In this document: positions 1 to 9,658 of the stretch, one piece after another
Layout: the number at the start of each line of letters is the position of its first letter
How positions within the stretch are numbered: the first letter of the stretch is position 1
DNA from: an uncultured Bdellovibrio sp.
GTDB taxonomy: Bacteria; Bdellovibrionota; Bdellovibrionia; Bdellovibrionales; Bdellovibrionaceae
Assembly: GCA_963932905.1 (NCBI GenBank)
Contig: CAWVRN010000002.1
Coordinates: 160,001 to 224,000, forward strand
DNA: 64,000 nt
Reading direction: 5' to 3'
Translations under genes and position numbers: made by a program
The notes under the pieces: generated by a model
Seen by the model: only the letters and a program-made list of their open reading frames with translations
Told to the model about the DNA's origin: nothing
Databases searched by the model: none

Positions 1-20
1 ATTAATTGGATACAACTCCT

Positions 21-57
21 AAGCCCTTCCTCGAAATCGAGGAGGGGCTTTTTTTTT
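21..57 (+). terminator. Rho-independent terminator of a gene upstream of the window
   Basis: AAGCCCTTCCTCG-aaat-CGAGGAGGGGCTT stem followed by a T run. Confidence 0.85.
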
Positions 58-95
58 CCTACTCACGATCAAAGTCTAGTAATTCTGCCCAAGCC

Positions 96-123
96 TTTAG
101 CTTTTTCGACCTCTGACCGAACT
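96..123 (+). promoter_or_regulatory. putative sigma28/FliA-type promoter
   Basis: TTTAG-N15-ACCGAACT upstream of ORF 197; resembles TAAA-N15-GCCGATAA. Confidence 0.4.
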
Positions 124-137
124 AAGAAATGCCAAGT

Positions 138-152
138 GTTTCAGGATGAGAC
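138..152. promoter_or_regulatory. palindromic motif GTCTCA-N3-TGAGAC copy
   Basis: GTTTCA-GGA-TGAGAC, flanked by T/A that extend the palindrome. Confidence 0.55.
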
Positions 153-196
153 ATTTCACGAAAGTGATTAAAGGTAAATTTCACAGGAGGTGAAAT

Positions 197-634
197 ATGG
201 AAAAGTTAAGTTCGATCCTACCAAAAAGCCCACGCACTCAAAACGTTGATAATTCTAGAGCGCAACCGGCACGCCCCGGAGCTCCGCTATTAGGTCGCCC
301 AGCGGGTAAAGTAACTCAAAAAGTAGTATTTGATGATATGGAACCGGGACCAGTGGCAGCCAAAGCATCAGTGCCGGATTTGTCATTCGCCGAAAAATTT
401 TCTGTAATTACTCCAGAAGATAGAGTCAGCATCAGCAGCATTGGCGCTGAAGATGAGGGCCCTGAAGCAAAACTTGCGGGATACACTCGTAAGGGCGAAA
501 TGCAAAAAGTGAAAATAGCTGAAGACGTCAGTCGAAAATTTGCGGACCTGAAATCGATAGCCGATAAAGAGGCTCCAGGAAGTGAACAGGCGATGACTAA
601 ATCTATTGATGCAACGGAAGTCGCGGCCTCTTAA
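197..634 (+). CDS. hypothetical protein (likely disordered)
   Basis: 145-aa ORF with strong AGGAGG RBS. Confidence 0.75.
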   Translation: MEKLSSILPKSPRTQNVDNSRAQPARPGAPLLGRPAGKVTQKVVFDDMEPGPVAAKASVPDLSFAEKFSVITPEDRVSISSIGAEDEGPEAKLAGYTRKGEMQKVKIAEDVSRKFADLKSIADKEAPGSEQAMTKSIDATEVAAS

Positions 635-1737
635 GCTATCCATCGATCTAAAAGAAAGCCGGATGTTTCAAGGGATGTAATTTGATACGCACCTTTGAAT
701 AATCGTTTTCCATTGGTTTCTTTGGATAGCACCAATATTCCATCTAAACTCAAAAATATAAGCTTGCGAATGGCTTCAAGGCTCCATTGTGGTGCACCCA
801 TTTGTATCAGCATTTCCAATCGGATCAGCGCTTGCTGAGGATCACTGGCGTGTAAAGAGCCAAACGATCCGTCATGCCCTGTTGACAATGCCATTAGAAA
901 ATCTTTTGCCTCTGATCCCCTGATCTCGCCCATAATAATTCTATCTGGCCTAAGTCGAAGGGATGACTTCACCAGGTCCGTCTGTGTTATGTCAATCAGC
1001 TGTGACCTATGCGTGCGAGTCAGCAGCTTGATACTGCATGAATTTACCGAGGTGATTTCCGGAGTATCTTCAATCACTATCGATCGACAATTTGGATCGG
1101 TTAGATCCAATAAGGCGTTGATTACTGAAGTTTTGCCACACCCTGTAGGGCCAATTATTAAAAATCGCTTTCGCTGTTCAATCAGGCGTTTTAGTAAAAC
1201 AATATCGCTATCTGTACACCAACCTTCGCTTCGTAGTTTTTCCAATGTCCATTGGTAATCGGGATGACGACGGATACTGATGATAGAATTTTTATGAGTC
1301 AGGCATTCATCGACCATACAAATTCGGAATTGCGACATAGTGCGATCCAGTACCGGTGACTCCTTGTCGATGACACCATCGATCTGCAATAGAAGCTTGC
1401 TTAGAAATAGTTGGTAGGTGAAATCACAATAGAACCGGTCGTCAACGCGTGATAAGCACCCGCTTTTCTCTATCCAGATATCTTTCCGACTGTTAATCAT
1501 GATTTCTGTTATTGTATCGTCGGTAAGGAGAGGATCGATTGGCCCAAAACCAAGAAATTCGTTTTTTAGCCGAGCTTGATCTTTTGGCGATAGGTCCACC
1601 AAATGCGGTTCTATCCAGGCTGATAGATCTGAATCTGGCCGAAATTCTGATGGTAGTCCCTCGAAATTAAACTCTTTCAAAGACTGACTTTTTATCGATT
1701 CTACAACAGCATAAATTTTCTTTTCTAAAATTGCCAT
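631..1737 (-). CDS. cpaF: Tad/Flp pilus assembly ATPase, CpaF/TadA family
   Basis: GFGPIDPLL..ITEIMIN, Walker A GPTGCGKT, LRLRPDRIIMGEIRG, TGH..SLHA. Confidence 0.9.
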   Translation of the reverse strand: MAILEKKIYAVVESIKSQSLKEFNFEGLPSEFRPDSDLSAWIEPHLVDLSPKDQARLKNEFLGFGPIDPLLTDDTITEIMINSRKDIWIEKSGCLSRVDDRFYCDFTYQLFLSKLLLQIDGVIDKESPVLDRTMSQFRICMVDECLTHKNSIISIRRHPDYQWTLEKLRSEGWCTDSDIVLLKRLIEQRKRFLIIGPTGCGKTSVINALLDLTDPNCRSIVIEDTPEITSVNSCSIKLLTRTHRSQLIDITQTDLVKSSLRLRPDRIIMGEIRGSEAKDFLMALSTGHDGSFGSLHASDPQQALIRLEMLIQMGAPQWSLEAIRKLIFLSLDGILVLSKETNGKRLFKGAYQITSLETSGFLLDRWIA

Positions 1738-3018
1738 TTATAACCTCTGTATATGGCGAGGTTTGGTAATCAAATTTATATCTGTTTCGCGGGTCATGAC
1801 TTCGGGTTTTACGAAGATGACCAGTTCGGTGCGCTTTTCTTTGAAATCGCGACTGGAAAAAAGTGGTCCCAGTATCGGTAGTTGGGACAGCAATGGCAGC
1901 CCTGAATAGCTGTTGCCATCAACTTCCTTAAGAAGTCCTGATAATGCAATGATCTTGGTTTCTGGTAAGTCAAAAAAACTAGAAACCTTATTTGTCGTAA
2001 TACCAGGAACGCCATCAACGCTTAAACTGGAATCAATTGAAGAAACTTCCGTTTGTAGTGAAACACTGATTCGGCCCAGATAATCCGCTTTAGGCTTAAC
2101 TTTTAGGTAGACTCCATATTTTTTCCAAACGATATCACTTGAGTATCTAGATACAGTTTTAATAGGGATTTCTCCACCAGCCCAGAAGTCGGCTTCTTTG
2201 CCACTTTTGCAGAGAATATTTGGACTGGCTAGCAGGCGGCCTTTACCCGCCGTTTCCATCATATGCAGTTCTGCTTCAAATGATTTAATTTGATTGGTAG
2301 GCAGTATTTCCGATTTAAGTGGCGAGCCTAATTCTATTCCGTATCGCTGAATAAATGCGCGATCTATTTCAGCTACGGTGATTTGGACTTTGATGATGGG
2401 TTCTAAAATCAATGATGTAGTGTCTTTAGAAACAGGTATGCCGAATTTTTTTAAAAGTGTTCGGTAAGTTTGGATATGCGGATCTTTTGGATTCAGTTTA
2501 AGTTCCGGTTCGCTTTCAAAATTAATTCGTTGATCTGCGAGCCCGCGATTTCTAAATTGTGAGATAAAATAGGCTTTAACTTCTGGAATTAATTCCGGTG
2601 CAATTTTCGCTTTGAAAACGTATTCATCGTTATTCCCCATATGGTCCGCTATGTAGAGCCAGTCTTTTAAGCGAAACAGATGTCCGGCAATTTCAACTCG
2701 CGATTGATTTACGTTCAGCTTTAAACCTAAGCGATTTTTTAAAATTCCCGATAGTTTATTATAGAGGTCCATTTCGTTAGGCTTTATCACTTGAACAAGA
2801 TAAAGAGAGTTTTTATTTTTCAAGTAACTAGTGCCTGTTTCAATTGCTGTAACCTTGAGTTGATTGCCAATGGCGCTAACTCGAATGATGCTTTTTTTTT
2901 CGATCCAGACTTGGTTGCCTTGAATGGGTATTTGAGTGCTGTCCCCAAGGGGAATGATCAGGTCTTTGCATAGACCGGGCAGGACAAAAAGAACGCTGAG
3001 TAAAAAGAATTTTATCAT
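1738..3018 (-). CDS. cpaC: Tad pilus secretin, CpaC/RcpA family
   Basis: signal peptide; secretin C-domain motifs LASPNIL..SGKEA, GGEIP, GLPLLSQLPILGPLF, TELVIFVKP; adjacent to cpaF. Confidence 0.85.
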   Translation of the reverse strand: MIKFFLLSVLFVLPGLCKDLIIPLGDSTQIPIQGNQVWIEKKSIIRVSAIGNQLKVTAIETGTSYLKNKNSLYLVQVIKPNEMDLYNKLSGILKNRLGLKLNVNQSRVEIAGHLFRLKDWLYIADHMGNNDEYVFKAKIAPELIPEVKAYFISQFRNRGLADQRINFESEPELKLNPKDPHIQTYRTLLKKFGIPVSKDTTSLILEPIIKVQITVAEIDRAFIQRYGIELGSPLKSEILPTNQIKSFEAELHMMETAGKGRLLASPNILCKSGKEADFWAGGEIPIKTVSRYSSDIVWKKYGVYLKVKPKADYLGRISVSLQTEVSSIDSSLSVDGVPGITTNKVSSFFDLPETKIIALSGLLKEVDGNSYSGLPLLSQLPILGPLFSSRDFKEKRTELVIFVKPEVMTRETDINLITKPRHIQRL

Positions 3019-3088
3019 GGCCAGCGCCGATGCAAAAAAGGAAAATCAGCCTATGTTTAATAGACCGAATTGATTTCCATAAATCGGA

Positions 3089-4219
3089 TTAGTTGTGCAT
3101 TAATGGGAAATAGAATGCCACTTGAACGCCATTTTCAACATTGCGAATATTTAGTGACGTGCCATGCATTTTTAGCAGCTTGTCGCAAATGCTTAGGCCA
3201 AGACCCAATCCGACCGAATGATTCATTATATTTTCATCCATGAAAAAAGGTTGAAAAATTTTTTTCAAAGCGGCTTCCGGAATATTTTCACCACGATTAA
3301 TAATTTTAAATTCATAGAAATTACCAATTTTGGAACCTTTAACTTCAACCGTCGCACTTTCTGTAGAAAATTTAAAAGCGTTATTTAATATTCTGTTTAG
3401 AATTTGTTCAAATAGTCGTTTGTCAGCTTTAAATTCTAAAGGATCGATCGTTTCTGCCAGCACAAGATTTTTTTTAGTTTTAAGCGCTTGATTATCGGCA
3501 TTCACTAAGTTTTCTATTGAGTTTAATATGATAGCTTGTGGGTCCAGGTGCAGCTGATTTAATTCAGCGCGAACCAAAATCAACACATCTTCGATAATTT
3601 GTTTTAATTTATTGGAACTTTTAATCGTGCGATCAACATACAGTTTTTGTTCTTCAGATAAGGGACTCTCATTCAACAAAGACAAAAAATTGATAATTGA
3701 AGTCAGCGGAGTCTTAAGTTCATGGTTAATTAGAATCATGAATTTAGATTTTGCATCGTCCAATGTTTTCAATTCATTGTAGGCCACTTCCAATTGTTTG
3801 GTTCTGATAGCTAGTTCCCGGCCTACAGTGAAACGTTCGACAGCGCGGTCGACGGTGTTTGATAATTCCACTGGGTCCCAAGGTTTAGTGATATATTGAT
3901 AGATTTGACCCTTGTTGATAGCTTGGATAACAGACTCTAAATCTGTAAAACCTGTTATCAGAATACGTATCATTTCGGGATACTGACCAATAACTTTCTC
4001 TAAGACTTCAATTCCCGTCATTTCGGGCATTCTTTGGTCAGTTAATATCAGACTTATTTCGTTGCCATGCTGCTGAATAACCTCAAGCGCTTGTTTGCCT
4101 GAAGCCGCCTTTAATATATTGTATTTCTTGCGAAATATACGTTCTAAAGCCTCTAAATTGTCGTTTTCATCGTCGACACAGAGGATGGTGGGTTTTGTTT
4201 GTGTGCTAGTCAGCGCCAT
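3089..4219 (-). CDS. hybrid response regulator / histidine kinase (REC-HisKA-HATPase)
   Basis: ILCVDDE, TDQRMPEMTG, KPW receiver motifs; H-box NHELKTPL; N-box NAFKF; GLGLGL. Confidence 0.9.
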   Translation of the reverse strand: MALTSTQTKPTILCVDDENDNLEALERIFRKKYNILKAASGKQALEVIQQHGNEISLILTDQRMPEMTGIEVLEKVIGQYPEMIRILITGFTDLESVIQAINKGQIYQYITKPWDPVELSNTVDRAVERFTVGRELAIRTKQLEVAYNELKTLDDAKSKFMILINHELKTPLTSIINFLSLLNESPLSEEQKLYVDRTIKSSNKLKQIIEDVLILVRAELNQLHLDPQAIILNSIENLVNADNQALKTKKNLVLAETIDPLEFKADKRLFEQILNRILNNAFKFSTESATVEVKGSKIGNFYEFKIINRGENIPEAALKKIFQPFFMDENIMNHSVGLGLGLSICDKLLKMHGTSLNIRNVENGVQVAFYFPLMHN

Positions 4220-4297
4220 TCTTTAAAATGCTACCTGAATTCGTAATATTTCTTAAGTCTAGTTTTTCAAGAATTAAGTCCAGCGAATAAAAATGAG

Positions 4298-4325
4298 TCA
4301 AGTTTTCTTCTTATTAGGACGATAT
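4298..4325 (+). promoter_or_regulatory. putative sigma28/FliA-type promoter
   Basis: TCAAG-N15-GACGATAT, about 33 nt upstream of ATG 4359. Confidence 0.45.
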
Positions 4326-4358
4326 CCTGAAGGTGATACAAGAAATTAAGGAGAAACT

Positions 4359-6446
4359 ATGAGATTCTCGATACTACTGATTGTTGGTGCAATCTTAACT
4401 ACGATGCATGCCCAGGCGCAATTTCACGGTTATGGGCTTTATGGCGGATTGCAAGGTTGCGGCTATGATGTTTCTCAAGGTGATGAAGCCAGCAGTTATA
4501 AAGATGAGATAGCTGAATTGAAAAAACAAATTGCGGAGTGGAATAAAGAGCTTTCGGCAAGCAAGCGTGAATTGTCGAAAGAACAAACGAATCTTCGCAA
4601 ATATGATGCTTCATTAAGAAGTAATTTCCAACCAGAAGCCTATTCATTTATTAAAGCTCACTTTGACGGCCAAAATCGTTGTTTGGATTACAAGGGTCAC
4701 GTGGCTCCGGTTAAGACAGATGCTAAGGTTGATGTTCAAGGCGCACAGACCGGAACTGTGGGAAAAGATGCATGTTGTGCAGCGCCTCCGACCGAAACGG
4801 TTGAAAAACCAGGCACGCCATCTAAAACAGTAGGGCCAAAATCTACTATGATGGTTATTATGGAAAGATCTCGTATGCCAGCGTCCAGCAAAGATGATGA
4901 CGAAGAGACAGCCGAATTGGTGGTTGAGCCAGAACAGTTGAACAAAGAATGGGGCGCAGTTTGCGATAAAGCAAACAATCCGAAAGGTCGTTTAGCTGCA
5001 TCTATCTGCCAAAGAAAATATTTAACAGGCGGATCGAAATTCAACTTAGCTGATTGCCAAGCTTCTGTTTTAAATTATCCAAAATCTTTCCGTACTGTAG
5101 AGAATCTTAAAAAAGATATCGAAGCTAAAAAAGAAGCAATCAAAGCCGCAAAAGCTCAAATTCCTGAAATGCAAAAATCAATGCGTGAAGAAATCATGGA
5201 AGCTCGCCGTGCACGTATCGAAGAAATCCGCGAAGGTGGAATTTGCGTCGAGTGTTTAGGTTCAGTCAGCGGTGGTGCTGGTGGACAAATCGAAGGTCGC
5301 GAACCTAACTGGGGCGGCGTGATCGGTAACTCACTAGTAGCATTGATGGCTTATTCATCGACAAAAAGTTTCTACGGAAACATGCAAGATAGAAATGCTC
5401 AATTGGGTTTCCCAACTCAAATGCCAATGGGTTCACCATTTATGGCAGCACTTCCTGGTATTATGGGCGCATTGGGTGCGGGACTTGGGCAAGGCTCATT
5501 CGGTTGCGCGGGCATGGCCGGCGGAATCGGTGGTATGGGCGGAGTTATGGGACCATACGCAGCTCTGGGTGGTATGGGACAAATTGGCGGCGCATTCGGT
5601 TTACCAGCGTGGGCACTGGGTGGCGCACTGGGCGGCGGTATGTACAATGCCGGCGCGGCTCCATGGGGATTGAATGGTCCATGGGGATTGAATTCAGCTG
5701 GTTTAGGTATGTATCCTCAGTTGATGGCAGCCGGTGGTTTAGGTTTCGGACTTCCAGGAATGTCGGGAGCCATGGGTGGAATTGATCCAATGGCACTTGC
5801 GATGTTAGGTCAAGGTGGCCTTGGCGGCTTAGGCGGTCTAGGAGCACTTGGTGGAATGGGTGGTTTAGGTGGACAAGGATTAATGAATCCCTACGCAGCA
5901 CTTGGCGGAATGCCTTATGGTTTGGTCGGTGGCGCTGGAATTCCAGGAGTCATGGGACTTGGTGGCTTGGGTGGTTTAGGCGGTGGCCTAGGTGGACTTG
6001 GAGGACTGGGTGGTTTAGCCGGTTTAGGTGGACTGGGCGGTTTAGGCGCAGGAGGCTTAGGCGGTCTGGGAGGACTGGGAGGTCTCGGTGGTTTAGGCGG
6101 CCTTGGCGGCTTAGACGGCGGACTGGGCGGACTTGGTGTTGGTGGTCTACAAATGCAGCAGCAAATGATGCAAATGCAACTGCAACAGCAACAGCAAGTG
6201 ATGCAACAACAAATGCGTTACTATGAAAATGCGATGCAAAAGCAACGTGCGGTTTCAGGTCTTCAAGCTGAGCTAATGGGTGTGATTCAAAGAATTCAAT
6301 CTGTTCAGTACGGAATTAATTCAGGTGGTGGATCTAGTTATCTTGGTGGAAGCTATTCTTTAGGTGGCGGCGTAAGTGGCGGCCTTGGTGGTTTGCCAGG
6401 CGGCGTGGGATCGATAGCATCTCCGCCACCATTACCTACCCGATAA
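4359..6446 (+). CDS. secreted glycine-rich low-complexity protein (coiled coils, Cys, GGL repeats, Q/M tract)
   Basis: AAGGAG RBS; Sec signal ending AHA/AQA; two coiled-coil segments; CVEC; long (GGL)n region. Confidence 0.85.
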   Translation: MRFSILLIVGAILTTMHAQAQFHGYGLYGGLQGCGYDVSQGDEASSYKDEIAELKKQIAEWNKELSASKRELSKEQTNLRKYDASLRSNFQPEAYSFIKAHFDGQNRCLDYKGHVAPVKTDAKVDVQGAQTGTVGKDACCAAPPTETVEKPGTPSKTVGPKSTMMVIMERSRMPASSKDDDEETAELVVEPEQLNKEWGAVCDKANNPKGRLAASICQRKYLTGGSKFNLADCQASVLNYPKSFRTVENLKKDIEAKKEAIKAAKAQIPEMQKSMREEIMEARRARIEEIREGGICVECLGSVSGGAGGQIEGREPNWGGVIGNSLVALMAYSSTKSFYGNMQDRNAQLGFPTQMPMGSPFMAALPGIMGALGAGLGQGSFGCAGMAGGIGGMGGVMGPYAALGGMGQIGGAFGLPAWALGGALGGGMYNAGAAPWGLNGPWGLNSAGLGMYPQLMAAGGLGFGLPGMSGAMGGIDPMALAMLGQGGLGGLGGLGALGGMGGLGGQGLMNPYAALGGMPYGLVGGAGIPGVMGLGGLGGLGGGLGGLGGLGGLAGLGGLGGLGAGGLGGLGGLGGLGGLGGLGGLDGGLGGLGVGGLQMQQQMMQMQLQQQQQVMQQQMRYYENAMQKQRAVSGLQAELMGVIQRIQSVQYGINSGGGSSYLGGSYSLGGGVSGGLGGLPGGVGSIASPPPLPTR
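5812..6150 (+). repeat. coding tripeptide repeat (Gly-Gly-Leu)n
   Basis: GGLGGLGGL arrays encoded with varied synonymous codons. Confidence 0.85.
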
Positions 6447-6458
6447 AATTAACATTAA

Positions 6459-6758
6459 TTATTTTGTACCATTAGAATCAGCAGTTGCAGAGACTGCTGA
6501 TTTTTTTTTGGCCTTGGTTAACGCGCCGTTGTTTCCTGAAAATCCAGTGCTGTCTGCAGTAATCGATCTAGCCTGTGGTTTACTGTTAACTCTGTTGAGC
6601 TGAGCCAAAACTATATTCATATCATCAATTGTTTCTGCTGCTAAATTACGTTGTTGGGAATTCTTTTTACCAAAACCTTCCATATTTAAACCGCCTTCAG
6701 TTTTAGCGTAAACAGAAACGCTGATAACTAGCACGCAGATAAAAGTTATGGTTTTCAT
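6459..6758 (-). CDS. small secreted hypothetical protein
   Basis: start re-assigned to ATG 6758 (GAGG RBS); signal peptide MKTITFICVLVISVSVYA. Confidence 0.7.
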   Translation of the reverse strand: MKTITFICVLVISVSVYAKTEGGLNMEGFGKKNSQQRNLAAETIDDMNIVLAQLNRVNSKPQARSITADSTGFSGNNGALTKAKKKSAVSATADSNGTK

Positions 6759-6875
6759 AAATACCTCGTTTGTTACAATCCTATAGTTCAATATTGGCGC
6801 CACTGAACGGCCAGAAAAGAGTTTCAATTTGATAATTCTTCTAAGTGTGATACATGAAATGTATCATTTCTAAAC

Positions 6876-8252
6876 GTGAAAAAGGGGACGTCAAGAGTAC
6901 GCCTAAAATCGTCACTCGCTGAACTTATGAACGACAATATCACTTCGGTAACAGCTTTATACGATAGTCATGTTCACTGGCTAATGACCGGGGAAAAGAA
7001 GAGTTATTTTGACGTTCAAAATTTTAAAACGTTATCGGCTATTCCTGTTAATTCTTTTGAACCGAAGAATTTTCGTGGCGATTGGATATTTGGCTTTGGC
7101 TGGGATGACTCGCAAATAACAAATTCAATTCCTTCTTTGGAATTAGATCGCCTGAATTCTGTATCTCCCATTTGTTTTATTAAAAAAGATGCCCATAGTT
7201 GTTTGCTTAATTCTACTGCGCTTAAAATTATATTACCTTTGATTGAAAATATACCGGCACTGGCGCCTTTTATCGAACGTGACGAAAATTTTAAACCCAC
7301 GGGAATTTTGAAAGAGAGCGCATTTTATTCTATCTATTCCCACCTCCCTCCACTTTCGGATTCTGAAATACGACGTTGTTTGCTAGAAGCTCAAGATTAT
7401 TTTTTAAAAAAGGGATTCACACATATTCGTGACATGACCTGTTCCTTGGCTCAGTGGCAGGTTCTGAAAGAAATGCAAAAGTCAGGTGAACTAAAACTTT
7501 TCGCCGAAATTAATTTTAATGCCGAAACGCGGGGACATGCCTTGCAAACCATTCTGCCTTTTATTTTAAGTGAGGTGAAGGGCAGCTATCCTAATCTAAA
7601 AATCAAAGGAATTAAGATTTTCTCTGATGGTTCGTTAGGTTCCAATACGGCGTGGTTGATTGAAAACTATAACGGGTCTAATAAGAACGGCTATAATCTG
7701 TGGCCTAATGAAGATATATCTGAAGTCATGAAACAATGCTGGCAAAACAATTTGGAATTTAGCGCACATACGTTGGGTGACAAAGCCGTGGACAATATTG
7801 TGGACATCGCCCGTAGCTTGTATTCACAAAAAATCCGCGGTTATTTAAATTTGGAACATGTGCAATTGGTTGATCCTGAAACGATCGTGAAAATGAAATC
7901 ACTTTTTGTTCGTTGCCATATGCAGCCATCTCACTGGCTAAGCGATAAAAAATTTCTTAAAGATAAACTAAGTCCAAAAACATTGAAAAATTTATTTGCG
8001 TGGGAAGCTTTACGGCGCGCCAAAGTCCCAATTAGTTTTGGATCAGATTCACCAATCGAAGAAGCCGACGTTGAACTTACTTACGCAGCGTTAGAAGACT
8101 CAAAGACCGCTGGTGTAGATGAACTCAATGCACCGTTCTTTGATTTTTACACCTACCCGAACGCTACGGGCCAATGGGCACAGACCAAAACCTTTTTCGA
8201 TTCCTACAGACCAATCAAGGTAGAGTTACCACAAGATCATACTTCGAACTAG
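6876..8252 (+). CDS. amidohydrolase family 3 (YtcJ-like); true start may be ATG 6928
   Basis: DSHVH, KIFSDGSLG, HTLGD, LEHVQ, MQPSH, FGSDSP. Confidence 0.85.
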   Translation: MKKGTSRVRLKSSLAELMNDNITSVTALYDSHVHWLMTGEKKSYFDVQNFKTLSAIPVNSFEPKNFRGDWIFGFGWDDSQITNSIPSLELDRLNSVSPICFIKKDAHSCLLNSTALKIILPLIENIPALAPFIERDENFKPTGILKESAFYSIYSHLPPLSDSEIRRCLLEAQDYFLKKGFTHIRDMTCSLAQWQVLKEMQKSGELKLFAEINFNAETRGHALQTILPFILSEVKGSYPNLKIKGIKIFSDGSLGSNTAWLIENYNGSNKNGYNLWPNEDISEVMKQCWQNNLEFSAHTLGDKAVDNIVDIARSLYSQKIRGYLNLEHVQLVDPETIVKMKSLFVRCHMQPSHWLSDKKFLKDKLSPKTLKNLFAWEALRRAKVPISFGSDSPIEEADVELTYAALEDSKTAGVDELNAPFFDFYTYPNATGQWAQTKTFFDSYRPIKVELPQDHTSN

Positions 8253-9060
8253 CGTACAAAGCAGCCAACGAAATCAAAATACCTGAAATAATATAGTACT
8301 TGTTTCGGCCAATGAAAGCTAGTGTGGCCGAACCCGGTTGCTTGGCATTCTGGACGCAATCCTTTGAAAAGTAAATTTTGATGGGGTCTGATAACCCAGT
8401 ATTGTCTTTGGTGATGTTATCGCAGCTGCCTTCGATCCATGGTTCCAGTTTTAAAGGTGTTTTCTTAAGTGTTTGTGTCGTCGCGGTTATTTCTTTTGTG
8501 GCAAATTGATTGGAAATAAAAATAAACTGATGAGCCTGTCCTGATGAAAAGAAGTAAGGAGATTGCCTAATATCAATCTTATTGCCATCAACCAAAACGT
8601 AGTCGTATTTCAACAAATCTGAATTTATTTCTTTTAACGAAACTCTTGATAAACTGCAGTTTCCATCAAAAAAAGGTTCGGACGTTTTTAAATAGTCGTC
8701 GTTGGCGTAAAGGTGACACATAGACTTGGCACCGGTAGCATTTTGCTTAAAAAATTCAAATAGTAGCAACCGGTTGCTAGAACTAAAAACATATCCTTTT
8801 TGAAGGTCTTTAACTTCATTGTCTAATATTTTTTCTGATGTCTGTTGCTTGGACCAAAACTCAGACTTAGATAAAAGATAGGTTTGATCGACACTACGAT
8901 CTTCAAATAAATTTAGGTAGTAGTCCGCGATTGAAATGCCGTCCTCGCTGTAAACATTTGATTGAAAATCGTTTTGATCGTTGCCTTGATTAATCCAAAT
9001 ATTCGGCGCAGAAAACGAACATACTGACAGCAGAAGGATAGAAATATAAATACCTATCAT
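8215..9060 (-). CDS. exported hypothetical protein with C-terminal TM anchor
   Basis: N-terminal hydrophobic signal and C-terminal hydrophobic helix; last gene of the flp-cpaB run. Confidence 0.7.
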   Translation of the reverse strand: MIGIYISILLLSVCSFSAPNIWINQGNDQNDFQSNVYSEDGISIADYYLNLFEDRSVDQTYLLSKSEFWSKQQTSEKILDNEVKDLQKGYVFSSSNRLLLFEFFKQNATGAKSMCHLYANDDYLKTSEPFFDGNCSLSRVSLKEINSDLLKYDYVLVDGNKIDIRQSPYFFSSGQAHQFIFISNQFATKEITATTQTLKKTPLKLEPWIEGSCDNITKDNTGLSDPIKIYFSKDCVQNAKQPGSATLAFIGRNKYYIISGILISLAALYASSKYDLVVTLP

Positions 9061-9069
9061 GATCGACTC

Positions 9070-9546
9070 CTAATTTTGGTAAATAATCCGGATTCCCGGT
9101 TTAGAACTATGTTCTGATTCGATCGCTTTAGCTTTCGGATTTTGAACAGCCGCAAAAAAGGGATCGTCGTTTCCGGAAAGTAAATGAGCTTTGGTTTCTT
9201 TTACTAAAACAGCAAAGGTAGTTTCATCTGCCGTGGATTTGATTATTTTAGCACGTGAAAACAGTAATTTTGTTTTCTCGCCTTGAATCGTGGCGTAAAT
9301 ATCGGCAACGCCATAGGATCCAATAACGGCGGAAATCGAATCTGCATTTAATAACTTTATCGGGATCAGGACATAACCAGACGGAATAATTGTGTCTATT
9401 TGAAATTTATTGTCATTTGCTTCGGCATTGTGGGCGCTTAGTTTGGAAAAACCCACCACCATAAAACCGACTAGGAAAAACAGAATAAGTCTGTTTTTCT
9501 GATCTAAACTGTTTAGTAGTTTTGCTATTTTACTTTTGAAATTCAT
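9070..9546 (-). CDS. CpaB/RcpC-like Tad assembly protein
   Basis: N-terminal TM, then IPSGYVLIPI..SISAVI..ADIY, resembling the RcpC core; lies in the Flp operon. Confidence 0.6.
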   Translation of the reverse strand: MNFKSKIAKLLNSLDQKNRLILFFLVGFMVVGFSKLSAHNAEANDNKFQIDTIIPSGYVLIPIKLLNADSISAVIGSYGVADIYATIQGEKTKLLFSRAKIIKSTADETTFAVLVKETKAHLLSGNDDPFFAAVQNPKAKAIESEHSSKPGIRIIYQN

Positions 9547-9647
9547 AATCCCCCCGATCGACCTGTGGCTATAAAGGCCAAGAATGCCAAAATCATTGCA
9601 AAAATCAGTACAACCAAAGATTCAAAAAGGAAGTCACTATTCTTCAT
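9543..9647 (-). CDS. 34-aa pilin-like peptide MKNSDFLFESLVVLIFAMILAFLAFIATGRSGGL (not in ORF track)
   Basis: fills the operon gap; its stop overlaps the next start (ATGA); Glu followed by a hydrophobic helix. Confidence 0.6.
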   Translation of the reverse strand: MKNSDFLFESLVVLIFAMILAFLAFIATGRSGGL

Positions 9648-9658
9648 TCGATCGACAC

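Noticed and set aside
5812..6150. GC-rich repetitive DNA as a CRISPR array or VNTR
   Set aside because: The 9-nt periodicity is explained by in-frame Gly-Gly-Leu codons with synonymous variation; there are no constant repeats with unique spacers and no cas genes.
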